Part shown: positions 30,062-42,933 of the stretch, in pieces | Layout of the letters: each line of letters opens with the position of its first letter | Position numbering within the stretch: the first letter of the stretch is position 1 | Assembly (NCBI GenBank): GCA_965243525.1 | Contig: OZ251568.1 | Coordinates: 1,703,664 to 1,767,663 of the forward strand | Source of the DNA: Spirochaetia bacterium | GTDB lineage: Bacteria > Spirochaetota > Spirochaetia > WTKD01 | DNA length: 64,000 nucleotides | Reading direction: 5' to 3' | Position numbers and translations under genes: made by a program | Notes under the pieces: generated by a model | Told to the model about the DNA's origin: nothing | The model's database searches: none | Seen by the model: the letters and a program-made list of their open reading frames with translations, nothing else

Positions 30062-30987
30062 TACCGTAATAATTCTCCAATGCTCAATTGATGTGAAAGC
30101 CAGTCTGCAACGAGGTTTAGGCTGATGATAAACAGGGAGAGAATTAATGCGGGAAAGAAAATGAGCCACCACTGTCCTGAATAGATAAATTGAACGCCTT
30201 CTCGCACCATGGCTCCGAGTGATGGCACATGGGGTGGCAGGCCGACGCCAAGAAATGAAAGCGTGGATTCCAATAAGATTGCGGTTGCGAATTCAACTGT
30301 TGAAATAACAAATATTGGACTTGCTACGTTTGGAAGCACATGACGGATGATGATGACTGGGTGACGAATACCCAACAAATGCGCAGCTTGGACGTATTCC
30401 TTTTGAGTTTCAATCATCGTTGTTGATCGCACAGTGCGGGCGTATAGTACCCAAGAGGCAAATGCGATAGAAAAGATAAGCACGGGAAATGCGATTGCTT
30501 CGTGGTGCGATGGAGAAATGAGTGCTCGTGCCACACCATCGGCCATCAAGGCAATAAGAATGGCTGGAAGTGCGAGTTTTATGTCAACGATGCGCATTAA
30601 GAACGTATCTACAAATCCGCCAAGATAACCTGCGAGAAATCCGATGAGGCATCCAAAAAGCAGCGCTGCAATCACACTGAGAATGCCAACAATTATCGAA
30701 AGACGTATCCCATAGAGCAGCATGGATGCGATATCGCGTCCTATGCTATCGGTGCCAAGAAAAAATCGCTTGTCGGATTGTTCTGCCCAAAATGGCGGAA
30801 GGTTCGCATCAGCGAGGCTGTATTCTGTCTTTGATGTCACGTCATGCTTTGCCAGAAGTGGTGTAAACAGGGAAATAACCAAGAATCCACACTGCAAAAG
30901 CAGAGATAACCAAATTATTATTGGAATTTGTAAAAGACGTGAAATGATATACGGTACGTTTTTCTGTGTTTTCTTGAGGGTATTCAT
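30061..30987 (-). CDS. peptide/nickel ABC permease (DppC-like)
   Basis: LGTDSIGRD, EYVQAA EAA motif, ESTLSFLGVG. Confidence 0.93.
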   Translation of the reverse strand: MNTLKKTQKNVPYIISRLLQIPIIIWLSLLLQCGFLVISLFTPLLAKHDVTSKTEYSLADANLPPFWAEQSDKRFFLGTDSIGRDIASMLLYGIRLSIIVGILSVIAALLFGCLIGFLAGYLGGFVDTFLMRIVDIKLALPAILIALMADGVARALISPSHHEAIAFPVLIFSIAFASWVLYARTVRSTTMIETQKEYVQAAHLLGIRHPVIIIRHVLPNVASPIFVISTVEFATAILLESTLSFLGVGLPPHVPSLGAMVREGVQFIYSGQWWLIFFPALILSLFIISLNLVADWLSHQLSIGELLR

Positions 30988-31973
30988 GATTTTGTCTGAA
31001 ACATCTTTGCTGAGAATCGAGGATCCACAAAATAGCTTGCTACGTCAACGACAAGGGTCACTATCACAAAGAAAAAAGCAATAAGCATGAGATAGGTTGA
31101 CATAATAGGGATGTCTACATTTTGCACTGCTTCAATGAAGAGCAACCCAAGCCCAGGCCATTGAAACACGCTTTCTGTTACCACAGAAAAGGCTAACAAC
31201 CCGCCAAATTGCACCCCCAACACGTTGATCAATGGAATTAACGTGTTTTTGAGTATATATCGTCGATGGATAATCTTTTGAGGAATACCTCGTGCACGAG
31301 CAAAGAGGATATAGTCTTTTTGGAGTACTTCCATTGCTTCGCTGCGGGTAAGACGTACTATAATTCCTGACTGAAAGAATCCTAGTGTCAATGCAGGCAA
31401 GATCAATGAACGAAGTCCAGAAAGACTTAACAATCCTGTTTTCCAAAATACAAGATCAACAACTGCACCCCTTCCAAAGGAAGGAACGAGAGGAATTACT
31501 ACCGCAAAAACCAAGATTAAACATGCGCCAGTAACAAATGTGGGCGTAGACATTCCCACAAGGGAAAGGAGCATCAATGCAGACGATCGTTTTGTGTTGT
31601 TGTGGAGAGTTGTATAGATGCCGATTGGGATACCAATTGCCAATGCAATCAGCATTGCAATGAATGTCAGTTCGATTGTTGCCGGGAGTCTATCTGCAAT
31701 GAGGCTAAATACCTCGGTTTTATAAAAAAATGAGACCCCCCATTCACCCTTTAATGCATTTACAAGATATGTTGCGTATTGCACGACTGCAGGGTCGTTG
31801 AGCCCAAGATCATCACGTAGTTTTTCTCGCTGCTCAACGGTCATTTCAACTGAAGTCAGGACTGAAAGGGGGTCTCCTATGTATTGAAACAGTGTGAAGG
31901 AAATAAGACCAACAATCAGGACTACAAAAAGTGCCTGAAAAAGTCTCTTTCCTAAAAACACTGCAAAATTCAT
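30984..31973 (-). CDS. peptide/nickel ABC permease (DppB-like)
   Basis: RLPATIEL, DYILFARARG, TESVFQWPGLG. Confidence 0.93.
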   Translation of the reverse strand: MNFAVFLGKRLFQALFVVLIVGLISFTLFQYIGDPLSVLTSVEMTVEQREKLRDDLGLNDPAVVQYATYLVNALKGEWGVSFFYKTEVFSLIADRLPATIELTFIAMLIALAIGIPIGIYTTLHNNTKRSSALMLLSLVGMSTPTFVTGACLILVFAVVIPLVPSFGRGAVVDLVFWKTGLLSLSGLRSLILPALTLGFFQSGIIVRLTRSEAMEVLQKDYILFARARGIPQKIIHRRYILKNTLIPLINVLGVQFGGLLAFSVVTESVFQWPGLGLLFIEAVQNVDIPIMSTYLMLIAFFFVIVTLVVDVASYFVDPRFSAKMFQTKS

Positions 31974-31977
31974 ATGG

Positions 31978-33588
31978 TTATTTCACTATAACATAGCGCA
32001 AATCGAGAATATCGTCTGCTCGCAGAATCACATCTATGTTTTTTCTAACACCCCACAACAAAGGTTGCGTATAGAGAGGGATGTATGCATAGTCGTCTTT
32101 TGCAATTTGCAAAGCCTCACGAATCAATGCATTTCGTTTTTCAGAATCGAGCTCAGATTGCACTTGCTTGGTAATAGCGTTGATCTTTGGATTCTCATAG
32201 GCGCCAACATTGTATACGCCAAGATCATCTCCGATGGTACGTGCTGATATGAGGTCTGAAAGGACGCTGTATCCATCCAATGCGGCCGGGCTCCACCCCA
32301 ACATATAAAAGCTAGTGTCATAATCACCTTGCCTAAATATCTTTGAGAAATGCTGCGAACGAGTTCGTGCGCTTACCGTGACGTCAATGCCGATTTGTCC
32401 AAGGTAGTTTGCAACAACCTTTCCAACTTCTTCGTCTTTCACATATCGATCATTTGGTACATCAAGAATGACTGAAAATCCATTCGGGTATCCTGCCTCA
32501 ACGAGCAATTGTTTTGCACGCTCTGGGTTGTATGGATAAGGCTGGTTGACTGTTTCATCGTATCCAGTAGTTCCAGGAGCAAGAAGGGTTCCCGCTGGTT
32601 GTATCGAATTGAAAAAGATTTTTTCTCCGATGGTATCTCGATCAATTGCAATGTTTACTGCTTCGCGTACGCGAACATCTTTGAACGGATTGCCTTCGCC
32701 AGATCCACCTCCAATGAGGTTGTCTCGAATTTGATCAAGTCCCAGGAAAATAGTACGTGCTTCAAGACCGGTCAAAACTTCGATATCTTGATGATCCTGA
32801 AATTGAGGCCAATCACTCACCGGAAAGGGATAGATAAGATCGACATCTCCAGCGAGTAATGCTGCAATTCGGGTGTTTTCTTGAGCAATTGTAACAAATC
32901 GAGCACGATTCACGTTGGTCTTCAAAGAGTCTGCACCCCAATAACCTTCGTATCGTTCAAGAACAATTTGTCCGGATGCATCAAACTCTGCAAGAGTGAA
33001 TGGACCAGTACCATTTACGTTGCGGACGATATAGGACGTTCCGGTATCGGTAGCTGAAGCTGGTTCAACTACATCCACCTCATTTGCCCATTCTTCATCT
33101 ACAATGAGAAGACTTGCAATCGTCGCTGGCAAAATTGGATCTGGAGTACCTGTGTCGACAATGACTGTGTAATCATCTTTCGCAACAACGTTTTTTATGC
33201 GGGCAACAACAGAAGCAGGATCATCTGCTTTTTGTGCGCGCTTCCAACTGAACACGACATCACTTGCGGTGAATGGGTGTCCCTTCTGAAAAGTTACTCC
33301 TTTACGAAGGGTGAATTCCCATTCTGAGTCAGAAATAGGTTTCCATTCAGTTGCCAATGCAGGAACGATTTCGAATGATTCGGTATCTCGGATAGTAAGT
33401 CCTTCATACACATTCTGCAAGAAACCCAAAACCACTGTTGATGCAAGGTTATGGGGTTCAAAACTTGAAAATGTTCCTCGATATGCCCAGGTGAATTCTT
33501 TATCTCCCTGAGCATCTTCATCAACTCCAGCAGCCCCTAGGCTGAATAGAATTGAAACAAATACTAATGCTGTTATAAATTTTTTCAT
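31978..33588 (-). CDS. peptide/nickel ABC substrate-binding protein (family 5)
   Basis: Signal peptide, VYEGL..PALATEW..LRKGVTF, GTGPF, FKDVRVREAV, PNDRYV. Confidence 0.93.
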   Translation of the reverse strand: MKKFITALVFVSILFSLGAAGVDEDAQGDKEFTWAYRGTFSSFEPHNLASTVVLGFLQNVYEGLTIRDTESFEIVPALATEWKPISDSEWEFTLRKGVTFQKGHPFTASDVVFSWKRAQKADDPASVVARIKNVVAKDDYTVIVDTGTPDPILPATIASLLIVDEEWANEVDVVEPASATDTGTSYIVRNVNGTGPFTLAEFDASGQIVLERYEGYWGADSLKTNVNRARFVTIAQENTRIAALLAGDVDLIYPFPVSDWPQFQDHQDIEVLTGLEARTIFLGLDQIRDNLIGGGSGEGNPFKDVRVREAVNIAIDRDTIGEKIFFNSIQPAGTLLAPGTTGYDETVNQPYPYNPERAKQLLVEAGYPNGFSVILDVPNDRYVKDEEVGKVVANYLGQIGIDVTVSARTRSQHFSKIFRQGDYDTSFYMLGWSPAALDGYSVLSDLISARTIGDDLGVYNVGAYENPKINAITKQVQSELDSEKRNALIREALQIAKDDYAYIPLYTQPLLWGVRKNIDVILRADDILDLRYVIVK

Positions 33589-33657
33589 TTTATTGAATAT
33601 CCTTTCTTTTTGTTAAACTGTATCTTATGAATGTATCTGTGGCTAGAAGTATATTAT

Positions 33658-33674
33658 TGTCCCCGTGGGGGACA
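33658..33674. promoter_or_regulatory. perfect 7-3-7 dyad, candidate operator in the divergent promoter region
   Basis: TGTCCCC-GTG-GGGGACA within an AT-rich intergenic region. Confidence 0.5.
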
Positions 33675-33832
33675 CATGAAAAAACAAAATGCTGTAGGCG
33701 GCATAGCCGCAAACGACTTCATTGACATTGTTAAAATAATAATTTGTAATTCTTTTTTGGTCAAGTTAAAACTTTTTAGTTTTCATAAAATATAATGCGG
33801 CGTATACTATAGTTAAATTAATTGGAGGAAAC

Positions 33833-34813
33833 ATGAAGTATCTCTTTACAACAATCTTGATGGGACTACTAGTATCTGTGGCATTTGCCAGTGGAGCAAA
33901 TGAATCATCGGAGAGCGACGAAATAGTTATTGGATTTTCAAAAATTGTAGCACATCCGGCACTTGATGCACTTGAACAAGGAGTTCGTGATGAACTGGCA
34001 GAGCAAGGAATTACTGCACGATATGATTCGCAAAATGCAAATGGTGACATCACCGCAGCAAACAGTATTGCACAGAAATTCAAATCAGATAAGATCACTC
34101 TAGCAGTAGGTATCGCAACACCGACAGCTCAGGCCTTGGTGCAAGTTCTTGATACGATTCCAGTTGTGTATACTGGTGTTACCGACCCAGTAGCGGCAGG
34201 CATAGTGCAGAGCTATGATAAGGGCGATGAGACGGTAACCGGTGTTTCGGACAAAACGCCGATTCGAGCACAGATTGAATTGCTCCAACAACTTGTTCCA
34301 ACAATACGCACCCTTGGACATGTCTACACAGGAAGTGAAGAAAATGCAGTCTTACTTGCAAAAGAAGCTGAAGAAATAGCAACTGAACTAGGTCTTGATT
34401 TTGTTGCGACAACTGTTACAAACTCTGCTGAGGTTCGATCTGCGATTGAATCAATTGCATCACGCATTGATGCGCTTTATGTGAGTACAGACAACACCGT
34501 TGTTTCAGCAATTCCTTCCCTTGTTGCTGTGGCCAGAAACAATGCTTTTCCAATTCTCTCTGCAGACCCAACTTCGGCAAAAGATGGAGGAATACTTGTT
34601 GCATGGGGCTTTGATTACTATAAGATGGGGCGTGCAACCGGGAGGGTTGTTATACAGGTGTTAGACGGAGTTTCTCCGGAATCTATTCCAACACAGTACA
34701 TGGTTGATCCAAAGGATATAGAACTTTTGATCGATACAACCGTTGCTGATGAACTAGGGATATCCATCCCAGACGAAATAATTACTGCAGCAACAACGAT
34801 TATTTCGGAATAA
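33833..34813 (+). CDS. ABC substrate-binding protein, DUF534/TrpX-like (putative Trp/Tyr)
   Basis: IVAHPALD, QNANGD, GIATPTAQA, VTDPVAAG, TDNTVVS. Confidence 0.9.
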   Translation: MKYLFTTILMGLLVSVAFASGANESSESDEIVIGFSKIVAHPALDALEQGVRDELAEQGITARYDSQNANGDITAANSIAQKFKSDKITLAVGIATPTAQALVQVLDTIPVVYTGVTDPVAAGIVQSYDKGDETVTGVSDKTPIRAQIELLQQLVPTIRTLGHVYTGSEENAVLLAKEAEEIATELGLDFVATTVTNSAEVRSAIESIASRIDALYVSTDNTVVSAIPSLVAVARNNAFPILSADPTSAKDGGILVAWGFDYYKMGRATGRVVIQVLDGVSPESIPTQYMVDPKDIELLIDTTVADELGISIPDEIITAATTIISE

Positions 34814-34814
34814 G

Positions 34815-35690
34815 ATGGTATTCTCACTCCTAACCGAAGGACTCATCTATGGTATGTTGAGTCTTTCGGTATATATTACGTTTCGGCTTCTTGATTTTCC
34901 TGATTTGACCGTTGATGGAAGCTTTCCACTTGGGGCAGCCATTGCTGCAAGTTTGTTCGCGCAAGGATTTCCCACCGTTGGGGTATACGCTGTGGTGTTT
35001 TTAGGCGGTATCCTCGCAGGAGTTATCTCAGCGAGTATTCACAATCGATTTTCGGTACCCCCGCTGCTTGCTGGAATCATCACAATGACCATGTTGTGGT
35101 CGATAAATATACGTATTTTGGGCAATCGGTCAAACCTCCCATTGCTACGCGTTGAGACGTCCTTATCGAGGTTTTCAAACATGCTGTCAGAATTTTCGCA
35201 AAATGGCAGCATAGTAATATATATTGCCTTAGCCGTACTCAGTACAACGCTGGTCATTATTTATCTACTCCATACAAAGCTTGGCTTAGCCCTGCGAGCG
35301 ATGGGAGACAATGAACAGATGAGCGTATCGTATGGATACAACAAGAAACTATTGAAAGTAATAGGTGTGGGCATTGCTAATGGGCTTGCGGCATTCTCTG
35401 GATCTCTCATCGCGCAAAATCAAGGATTCGCTGATGTCGGGATGGGACGTGGAATTGTTATCGTTGGGTTGGTTTCTTTGTTGATCGGAGAATTTTTATA
35501 CAAAACTAATTTCATATCCTTGCAGGTGCTTCGAGTTTTTCTTGGCGCTTTGTTGTTTCGAGTAGTTTTGTATTTCGGACGGGTATATGGATATTCAATT
35601 CAATTGTTGCCCACCGATTTGCAGTTACTCACCGGGATAACCATTATTCTGTTGCTGAGTGTGCAACACCTTAAAGAAAGACGAAAATAA
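34815..35690 (+). CDS. ABC permease of the DUF534-type system
   Basis: FPDLTVDGSFPLG, GLALRAMGDN, QGFADVGMG. Confidence 0.92.
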   Translation: MVFSLLTEGLIYGMLSLSVYITFRLLDFPDLTVDGSFPLGAAIAASLFAQGFPTVGVYAVVFLGGILAGVISASIHNRFSVPPLLAGIITMTMLWSINIRILGNRSNLPLLRVETSLSRFSNMLSEFSQNGSIVIYIALAVLSTTLVIIYLLHTKLGLALRAMGDNEQMSVSYGYNKKLLKVIGVGIANGLAAFSGSLIAQNQGFADVGMGRGIVIVGLVSLLIGEFLYKTNFISLQVLRVFLGALLFRVVLYFGRVYGYSIQLLPTDLQLLTGITIILLLSVQHLKERRK

Positions 35691-36479
35691 ATGCTTACGT
35701 TAACGAATATCAAAAAGGTCTTTTATGAAGGCACACAACATAACATAACATCACTTTCATCTGTTGGATTTTCTATGCAAGAAGGCGATGTGATTACGGT
35801 CATAGGAAGCAATGGTGCAGGGAAAAGCACCCTTTTAAACATCATAGCAGGTTCATTAGCTCCTACTGAAGGGAGCATCGTTTTTGAAGGAGTTGATATA
35901 ACTGCAAGCAAAGAATATCGACGAGCTCGTGTCATCGGAAGGTTGTTTCAAAATCCTCTGCTAGGAACGGCAGAAAATCTCAGCATTGAAGAAAACATAG
36001 CCATGGCATTGAGCAAATCATCCTATGGTCTTGTTTGGGCAATCCGCAAAAGATTACGGCGATATATTCAAGATCAACTCCTGACCCTTGATATGGGGCT
36101 TGAGGATAGATTGCAGGCAAAAGTTGCGGTGCTTTCTGGAGGAGAACGTCAGGCTCTAAGCCTGTTGATGGTTATCTTGAAAAACCCAAAACTACTTCTT
36201 TTAGACGAACATACGGCCGCATTAGATCCATATTATTCTGAAAAAATCCTTTCGTTGACAGAGCAATTTATTCAAGAGCACAACATGAATGCAATTATGG
36301 TTACGCATAACATGAAGCAGGCTCTGCAAATAGGTAATCGCCTATTTATGATGCACAAAGGAAGAATTCTATATAGCCTTAGTCCATCTGAAAAGAAACA
36401 ACAAAGTAGTGCAAGTCTTGTAGATATGTTTTCAAAAGAAAAAGATTTCATGCACTCGGATGAGTTGCTGCTTCAATAA
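35691..36479 (+). CDS. ABC ATPase of the DUF534-type system
   Basis: GSNGAGKS, LSGGERQ, LLLDEHTAALDP. Confidence 0.93.
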   Translation: MLTLTNIKKVFYEGTQHNITSLSSVGFSMQEGDVITVIGSNGAGKSTLLNIIAGSLAPTEGSIVFEGVDITASKEYRRARVIGRLFQNPLLGTAENLSIEENIAMALSKSSYGLVWAIRKRLRRYIQDQLLTLDMGLEDRLQAKVAVLSGGERQALSLLMVILKNPKLLLLDEHTAALDPYYSEKILSLTEQFIQEHNMNAIMVTHNMKQALQIGNRLFMMHKGRILYSLSPSEKKQQSSASLVDMFSKEKDFMHSDELLLQ

Positions 36480-36546
36480 ATTTTTTAGAGTAGCCAACTA
36501 TTTTAAGATAAACCAATAAAATATAATCATGCACCGTTAAAAATGC

Positions 36547-36576
36547 TTGACTGAGAAGTTTCTAATTTGCTACAAT
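36547..36576 (+). promoter_or_regulatory. sigma70 promoter of the solitary 23S rRNA gene
   Basis: TTGACT-N18-TACAAT with extended TGn -10 and A/T-rich sequence upstream. Confidence 0.75.
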
Positions 36577-36583
36577 TTGTTTC

Positions 36584-36660
36584 AGCTAATAAGCACGATA
36601 TATGACAGGAGAGAGAAGGAGCAACAAAGAGAAAGAGAGTGACTTGAGAATCTGAAGAGA

Positions 36661-36667
<7 letters not shown>
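36584..36667 (+). repeat. 5' arm of the pre-23S processing stem
   Basis: AGCTAAT, AAGCACGA, GAGCAACA, TGACTTGAGAAT and GCAAG blocks are each complementary to blocks in 39605-39679. Confidence 0.85.
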
Positions 36668-39604
<2,937 letters not shown>

Positions 39605-39611
<7 letters not shown>

Positions 39612-39679
39612 ACACTTCTATTCTTAAGTTATTTTCTGTTGCTCTTCTCCTCCTTATATATCTTCGTGCTTGATTAGCT
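39605..39679 (+). repeat. 3' arm of the pre-23S processing stem
   Basis: CTTGC, ATTCTTAAGTTA, TGTTGCTC, TCGTGCTT and ATTAGCT are complementary to the leader; followed by a U-rich tract. Confidence 0.85.
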
Positions 39680-39926
39680 AGTACCTTCTTTACTTTTTGA
39701 TTTGCTCATATCTTTTTGCCTTGTGGGGCTGTATGGATTACAAACAAGAATGATCACAGCACTTTTCAAAATTGCAATTTAAAGACTTTAGTTATGCGAA
39801 TTTCCTGATCAGGTTCGATACACTGTAATTCTTACCATATTGCGGTGAACACTTTAGCGTGCTACGGTATTTATTATAAAGTACAAAGAAATCACAACAG
39901 TGATAACATTGGATGCTTAATTTTCT

Positions 39927-40937
39927 ATGGAAACTAGTAGAAAAACAAGAAAGATACTGTACGGCGTACAAGGAACAGGGAATGGACACATTGCACGTGC
40001 AATTGATTTCATTCCGGAATTATCAAAACATGCTGAAGTGGATGTGCTATTAAGTGGCCTTGATTATGATTTGCAGTTTCCTTTCGATATAAAATATACG
40101 TGTAAGGGGCTAGGGTTTCTCTTTGGAAGAAATGGCGGCATTGATTATTTAAAATCAGTGAGAAGCCTTAAAATACGCAATTTTTTTAAAGACATTCGAT
40201 CTATAGATACCTCGGAGTATGATCTGATTATTTCTGATTTTGAACCAATAAGTGCTTGGGCAGCAAAAAGAACAAATACTCCTAGTATCGCCATAGGGAA
40301 TCAACCAGCCTTATTATCTCCAAAAACACCGAGACCGAGACGTAAGGAATTTTTTGCAGAATTAGTTCTCAAATACTATGCACCTGCACCAAACCATATA
40401 GCGTTTTGTTTTGATAGATATGATGCTTCTATCTATCCACCGACAGTTAGAAGTGATATCCGTAAGGCAAAGATCACAAATGATGGGCATTACACAATTT
40501 ACCTGCCTGCATATAGTGATAAAAAAATTATTGAGATGCTATCCAACTTCCCAGCTATAGATTGGGAGGTATTTTCAAAGTACACTCGCAAAGATTACAC
40601 TGTTGCGAATATCGTGATGAGACGTATTGATCCAAAATTGTTTACCGCTAGTCTTGCAAGTTGTGAGGGAATCATTTGTAATTCTGGATTCACAACTCCT
40701 ACTGAAGCGATGTTTATGCATAAAAAGCTTATGGTGATTCCCATGGACCAGTACGAGCAGAAATGTAATGCTGTTGCATTGAAAAGACTTGGCGTTCCTG
40801 TATTAAAAAAATTTAATCGAGCTCACTTAAGCACTATTAAAGAGTGGATCGATAATCCAATTTCATATGACCATGATAAACTTTCTTATTCTTCCTCTGC
40901 TGAGGCTGTAAAGCAGATCATACAACTAATGGAATAG
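39927..40937 (+). CDS. MJ1255/VC2487-like glycosyltransferase (GT-B)
   Basis: KILYGVQGTGNGHIARA, ISDFEPISAWAA, NSGFTTPTEA..K, QYEQKCNA. Confidence 0.88.
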   Translation: METSRKTRKILYGVQGTGNGHIARAIDFIPELSKHAEVDVLLSGLDYDLQFPFDIKYTCKGLGFLFGRNGGIDYLKSVRSLKIRNFFKDIRSIDTSEYDLIISDFEPISAWAAKRTNTPSIAIGNQPALLSPKTPRPRRKEFFAELVLKYYAPAPNHIAFCFDRYDASIYPPTVRSDIRKAKITNDGHYTIYLPAYSDKKIIEMLSNFPAIDWEVFSKYTRKDYTVANIVMRRIDPKLFTASLASCEGIICNSGFTTPTEAMFMHKKLMVIPMDQYEQKCNAVALKRLGVPVLKKFNRAHLSTIKEWIDNPISYDHDKLSYSSSAEAVKQIIQLME

Positions 40938-41024
40938 CTAGCCTTCCGCGAGGATGTAGAAAATCCGTAGTCGATTGAGCAGCGATATTTGTCTAAGGTA
41001 ACTGCCAACAATCGTTCGTACAGA

Positions 41025-42017
41025 TTAGCCATCCACGAAATAGAGAGACGTTGGTGCGTAGTATTGCGAGAGGAGTTCTTGGATAAATACTTGTGCATCG
41101 CGTTTCATTGCATCTTCATAACCAACATAATTCTTGTTCTTTTTTTTGTAGTCGTAATGCAACAAGGGAGTTTTTCTATCTTTTTTCATATAATCGAGTT
41201 GTGCCGGATGCATGCGAAAAAAACCATAGGAGATTGCATCTATTTTTTTCAGATCAATGCGCTGAGCAAGAAGGTCTATGAAGTCATGATACACTTGCTT
41301 CCATTGAGGAATAAGAATAATTGGGTCAATTGAAATACGCACTGTCCATCCTAGTTGGAGTGCCTGTTGGAGTTGGAATATACGATTCTCAAATGAGGCG
41401 CATCCTAATTCGTACGTTCGTATTATCTGCTTTGGATTGAGCGACCACGTGAGAATAAAATTAGGAACGGGATTGGCAGCAAAAAGAATATGCGCATTGT
41501 TGCTCTTTGTACGCGATTCGATGCTCAGATGTGGATGTTGTTTTGCAAGTTCAAGCCATTTTTGGTGCCAGGGATAGAGTTCTTCAAATGCTAGCAAATC
41601 CGTCAAATAGGAAATGCTGAGCGCAATGGCATCAGTAGTAGTGAGTTCAGTTTGTATTGCCTGTAGAAAATCTTCTTCATTGACAAAGATAAGCAGATGC
41701 GCACTCCTATGCATACCTTGCAAAAAGCAATAATCGCAGTCGTATATGCAATTCCTAATCTGATCGGTATAGACTAATTGTGCTTCACCAAAGCTGATAA
41801 TTCGTTCGGCTGCTCTGTAGAAAAAATTCCTCTCCTTTTTTGCCAATATCAATGCTTGATTGTTTTTCTGATGCGCAAAGGATTGCTGGCTTCGATTAAA
41901 GACATCTTTATAGTGATCAATCAAAATAATCGAAACGTTCGGGAATTTTGCAAGGATGGCTTGGCTGATGGTATGATCGAAGGCTTGTTTCTCGCAATAG
42001 ATTCTAGCAGGGAGCAT
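41025..42017 (-). CDS. spore-photoproduct-lyase-like radical SAM protein
   Basis: CIYDCDYC cluster motif followed by FLQGM, IDHYKDVFNRSQQSF, ESRTKS, DPII; start trimmed to ATG 42017. Confidence 0.88.
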   Translation of the reverse strand: MLPARIYCEKQAFDHTISQAILAKFPNVSIILIDHYKDVFNRSQQSFAHQKNNQALILAKKERNFFYRAAERIISFGEAQLVYTDQIRNCIYDCDYCFLQGMHRSAHLLIFVNEEDFLQAIQTELTTTDAIALSISYLTDLLAFEELYPWHQKWLELAKQHPHLSIESRTKSNNAHILFAANPVPNFILTWSLNPKQIIRTYELGCASFENRIFQLQQALQLGWTVRISIDPIILIPQWKQVYHDFIDLLAQRIDLKKIDAISYGFFRMHPAQLDYMKKDRKTPLLHYDYKKKNKNYVGYEDAMKRDAQVFIQELLSQYYAPTSLYFVDG

Positions 42018-42933
42018 GGTATTCCTGGATTCTTTTTTGGAGTAATGCAATGAGTTCTAATTTTTCTTTCATGGCTTTGGATGTATTTGCATCTGTCAGA
42101 ATGCCTTGCAAGGTATTCAAAAAATGCACATCTTCATAGATGTGCACTGTTTGCAAAAAACTGTCGATCTGAGCAAGTTCAGTTTGTGTGCAGTGGAATT
42201 TCTGTGCGCATTGAGAAAGTAGTTTGGAATGGAGTGAAGGGTTCTTTTTTGCAATATGGGTCAGCAAAAATTGAAAACATTGGTTCAGCTCTGCGGTATA
42301 GGTGCAATGGGCAAAAAACAGCTCTGCATGGGAGAAATGCACAAGGAGCGCTCGGCAGAGTTCAAGACAGGCAGGGTGCATGCAAACATTTTCAACGAGT
42401 CCATCTGGGAATATATGCGATGGGGGAATATCCAAATAGATGGAATCAGTGTTGTGTGTAAGCTTGTATGCAAGCCTGATGCAAGAAGGGAGCGAATGTG
42501 AACTTGAAACTTCGCCATTTGTTGCACCAGCATAATCCTTGCTGTGTTCGTCACCTTCCTCGCTTGAGGGAGGTGGGCTGTTCTGATCAATCTGATTGTT
42601 CTGTGTTTTTTTTGAGAAATCGCTCTTCGTTGGATATAAGATGATGACTGAGTGGGCTAAGCATTGTTCGACAAGTGTCGTAAGAACATAGATGAGCTGT
42701 TCTGTTCTTTGCTTTGAACAATATGCAAGGACAACGTTGTTGTCTGCTATACAGACTTGGGCGTGTGAAAAAGGAAAGGCCCTCCATCGTTGTGTTCGTT
42801 TTATCAATGCATGCTGTTTTGGACAGAACGAAAACACAAGTGTGCTGCCTGGAGGATGCTGTGTAATGTGGGCGGTACTTGGCATATGTCTACTGAGCGT
42901 TATTGCTAGAGATAGGGATTGCCAGGAGCTCAC
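42004..42933 (-). CDS. divergent hypothetical protein, possible degenerate nucleoside-phosphorylase-like partner of the SPL-like gene
   Basis: Fills the operon gap and overlaps both neighbours; YKLTHNTDSIYLDIPPSHIFPDGLVENV weakly recalls proteins encoded beside SPL-like genes; start uncertain. Confidence 0.5.
   Translation of the reverse strand: MSSWQSLSLAITLSRHMPSTAHITQHPPGSTLVFSFCPKQHALIKRTQRWRAFPFSHAQVCIADNNVVLAYCSKQRTEQLIYVLTTLVEQCLAHSVIILYPTKSDFSKKTQNNQIDQNSPPPSSEEGDEHSKDYAGATNGEVSSSHSLPSCIRLAYKLTHNTDSIYLDIPPSHIFPDGLVENVCMHPACLELCRALLVHFSHAELFFAHCTYTAELNQCFQFLLTHIAKKNPSLHSKLLSQCAQKFHCTQTELAQIDSFLQTVHIYEDVHFLNTLQGILTDANTSKAMKEKLELIALLQKRIQEYHAPC

Noticed and set aside
30062-30172. N-terminal extension of the ABC ATPase, and similar track extensions for motB, fliM, flhG, mtaB, the NHL gene, clpA and aat
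   Set aside because: Longest-ORF artefacts that overlap upstream genes or intergenic DNA; downstream starts match family N-termini and coupling
39612-39926. Possible 5S rRNA or tRNA after the 23S
   Set aside because: No 5S hallmarks (CCCATCCCGAAC, GAGAGTAGG) and no cloverleaf or GTTCGA-stem context; the sequence is the processing-stem arm plus AT-rich spacer
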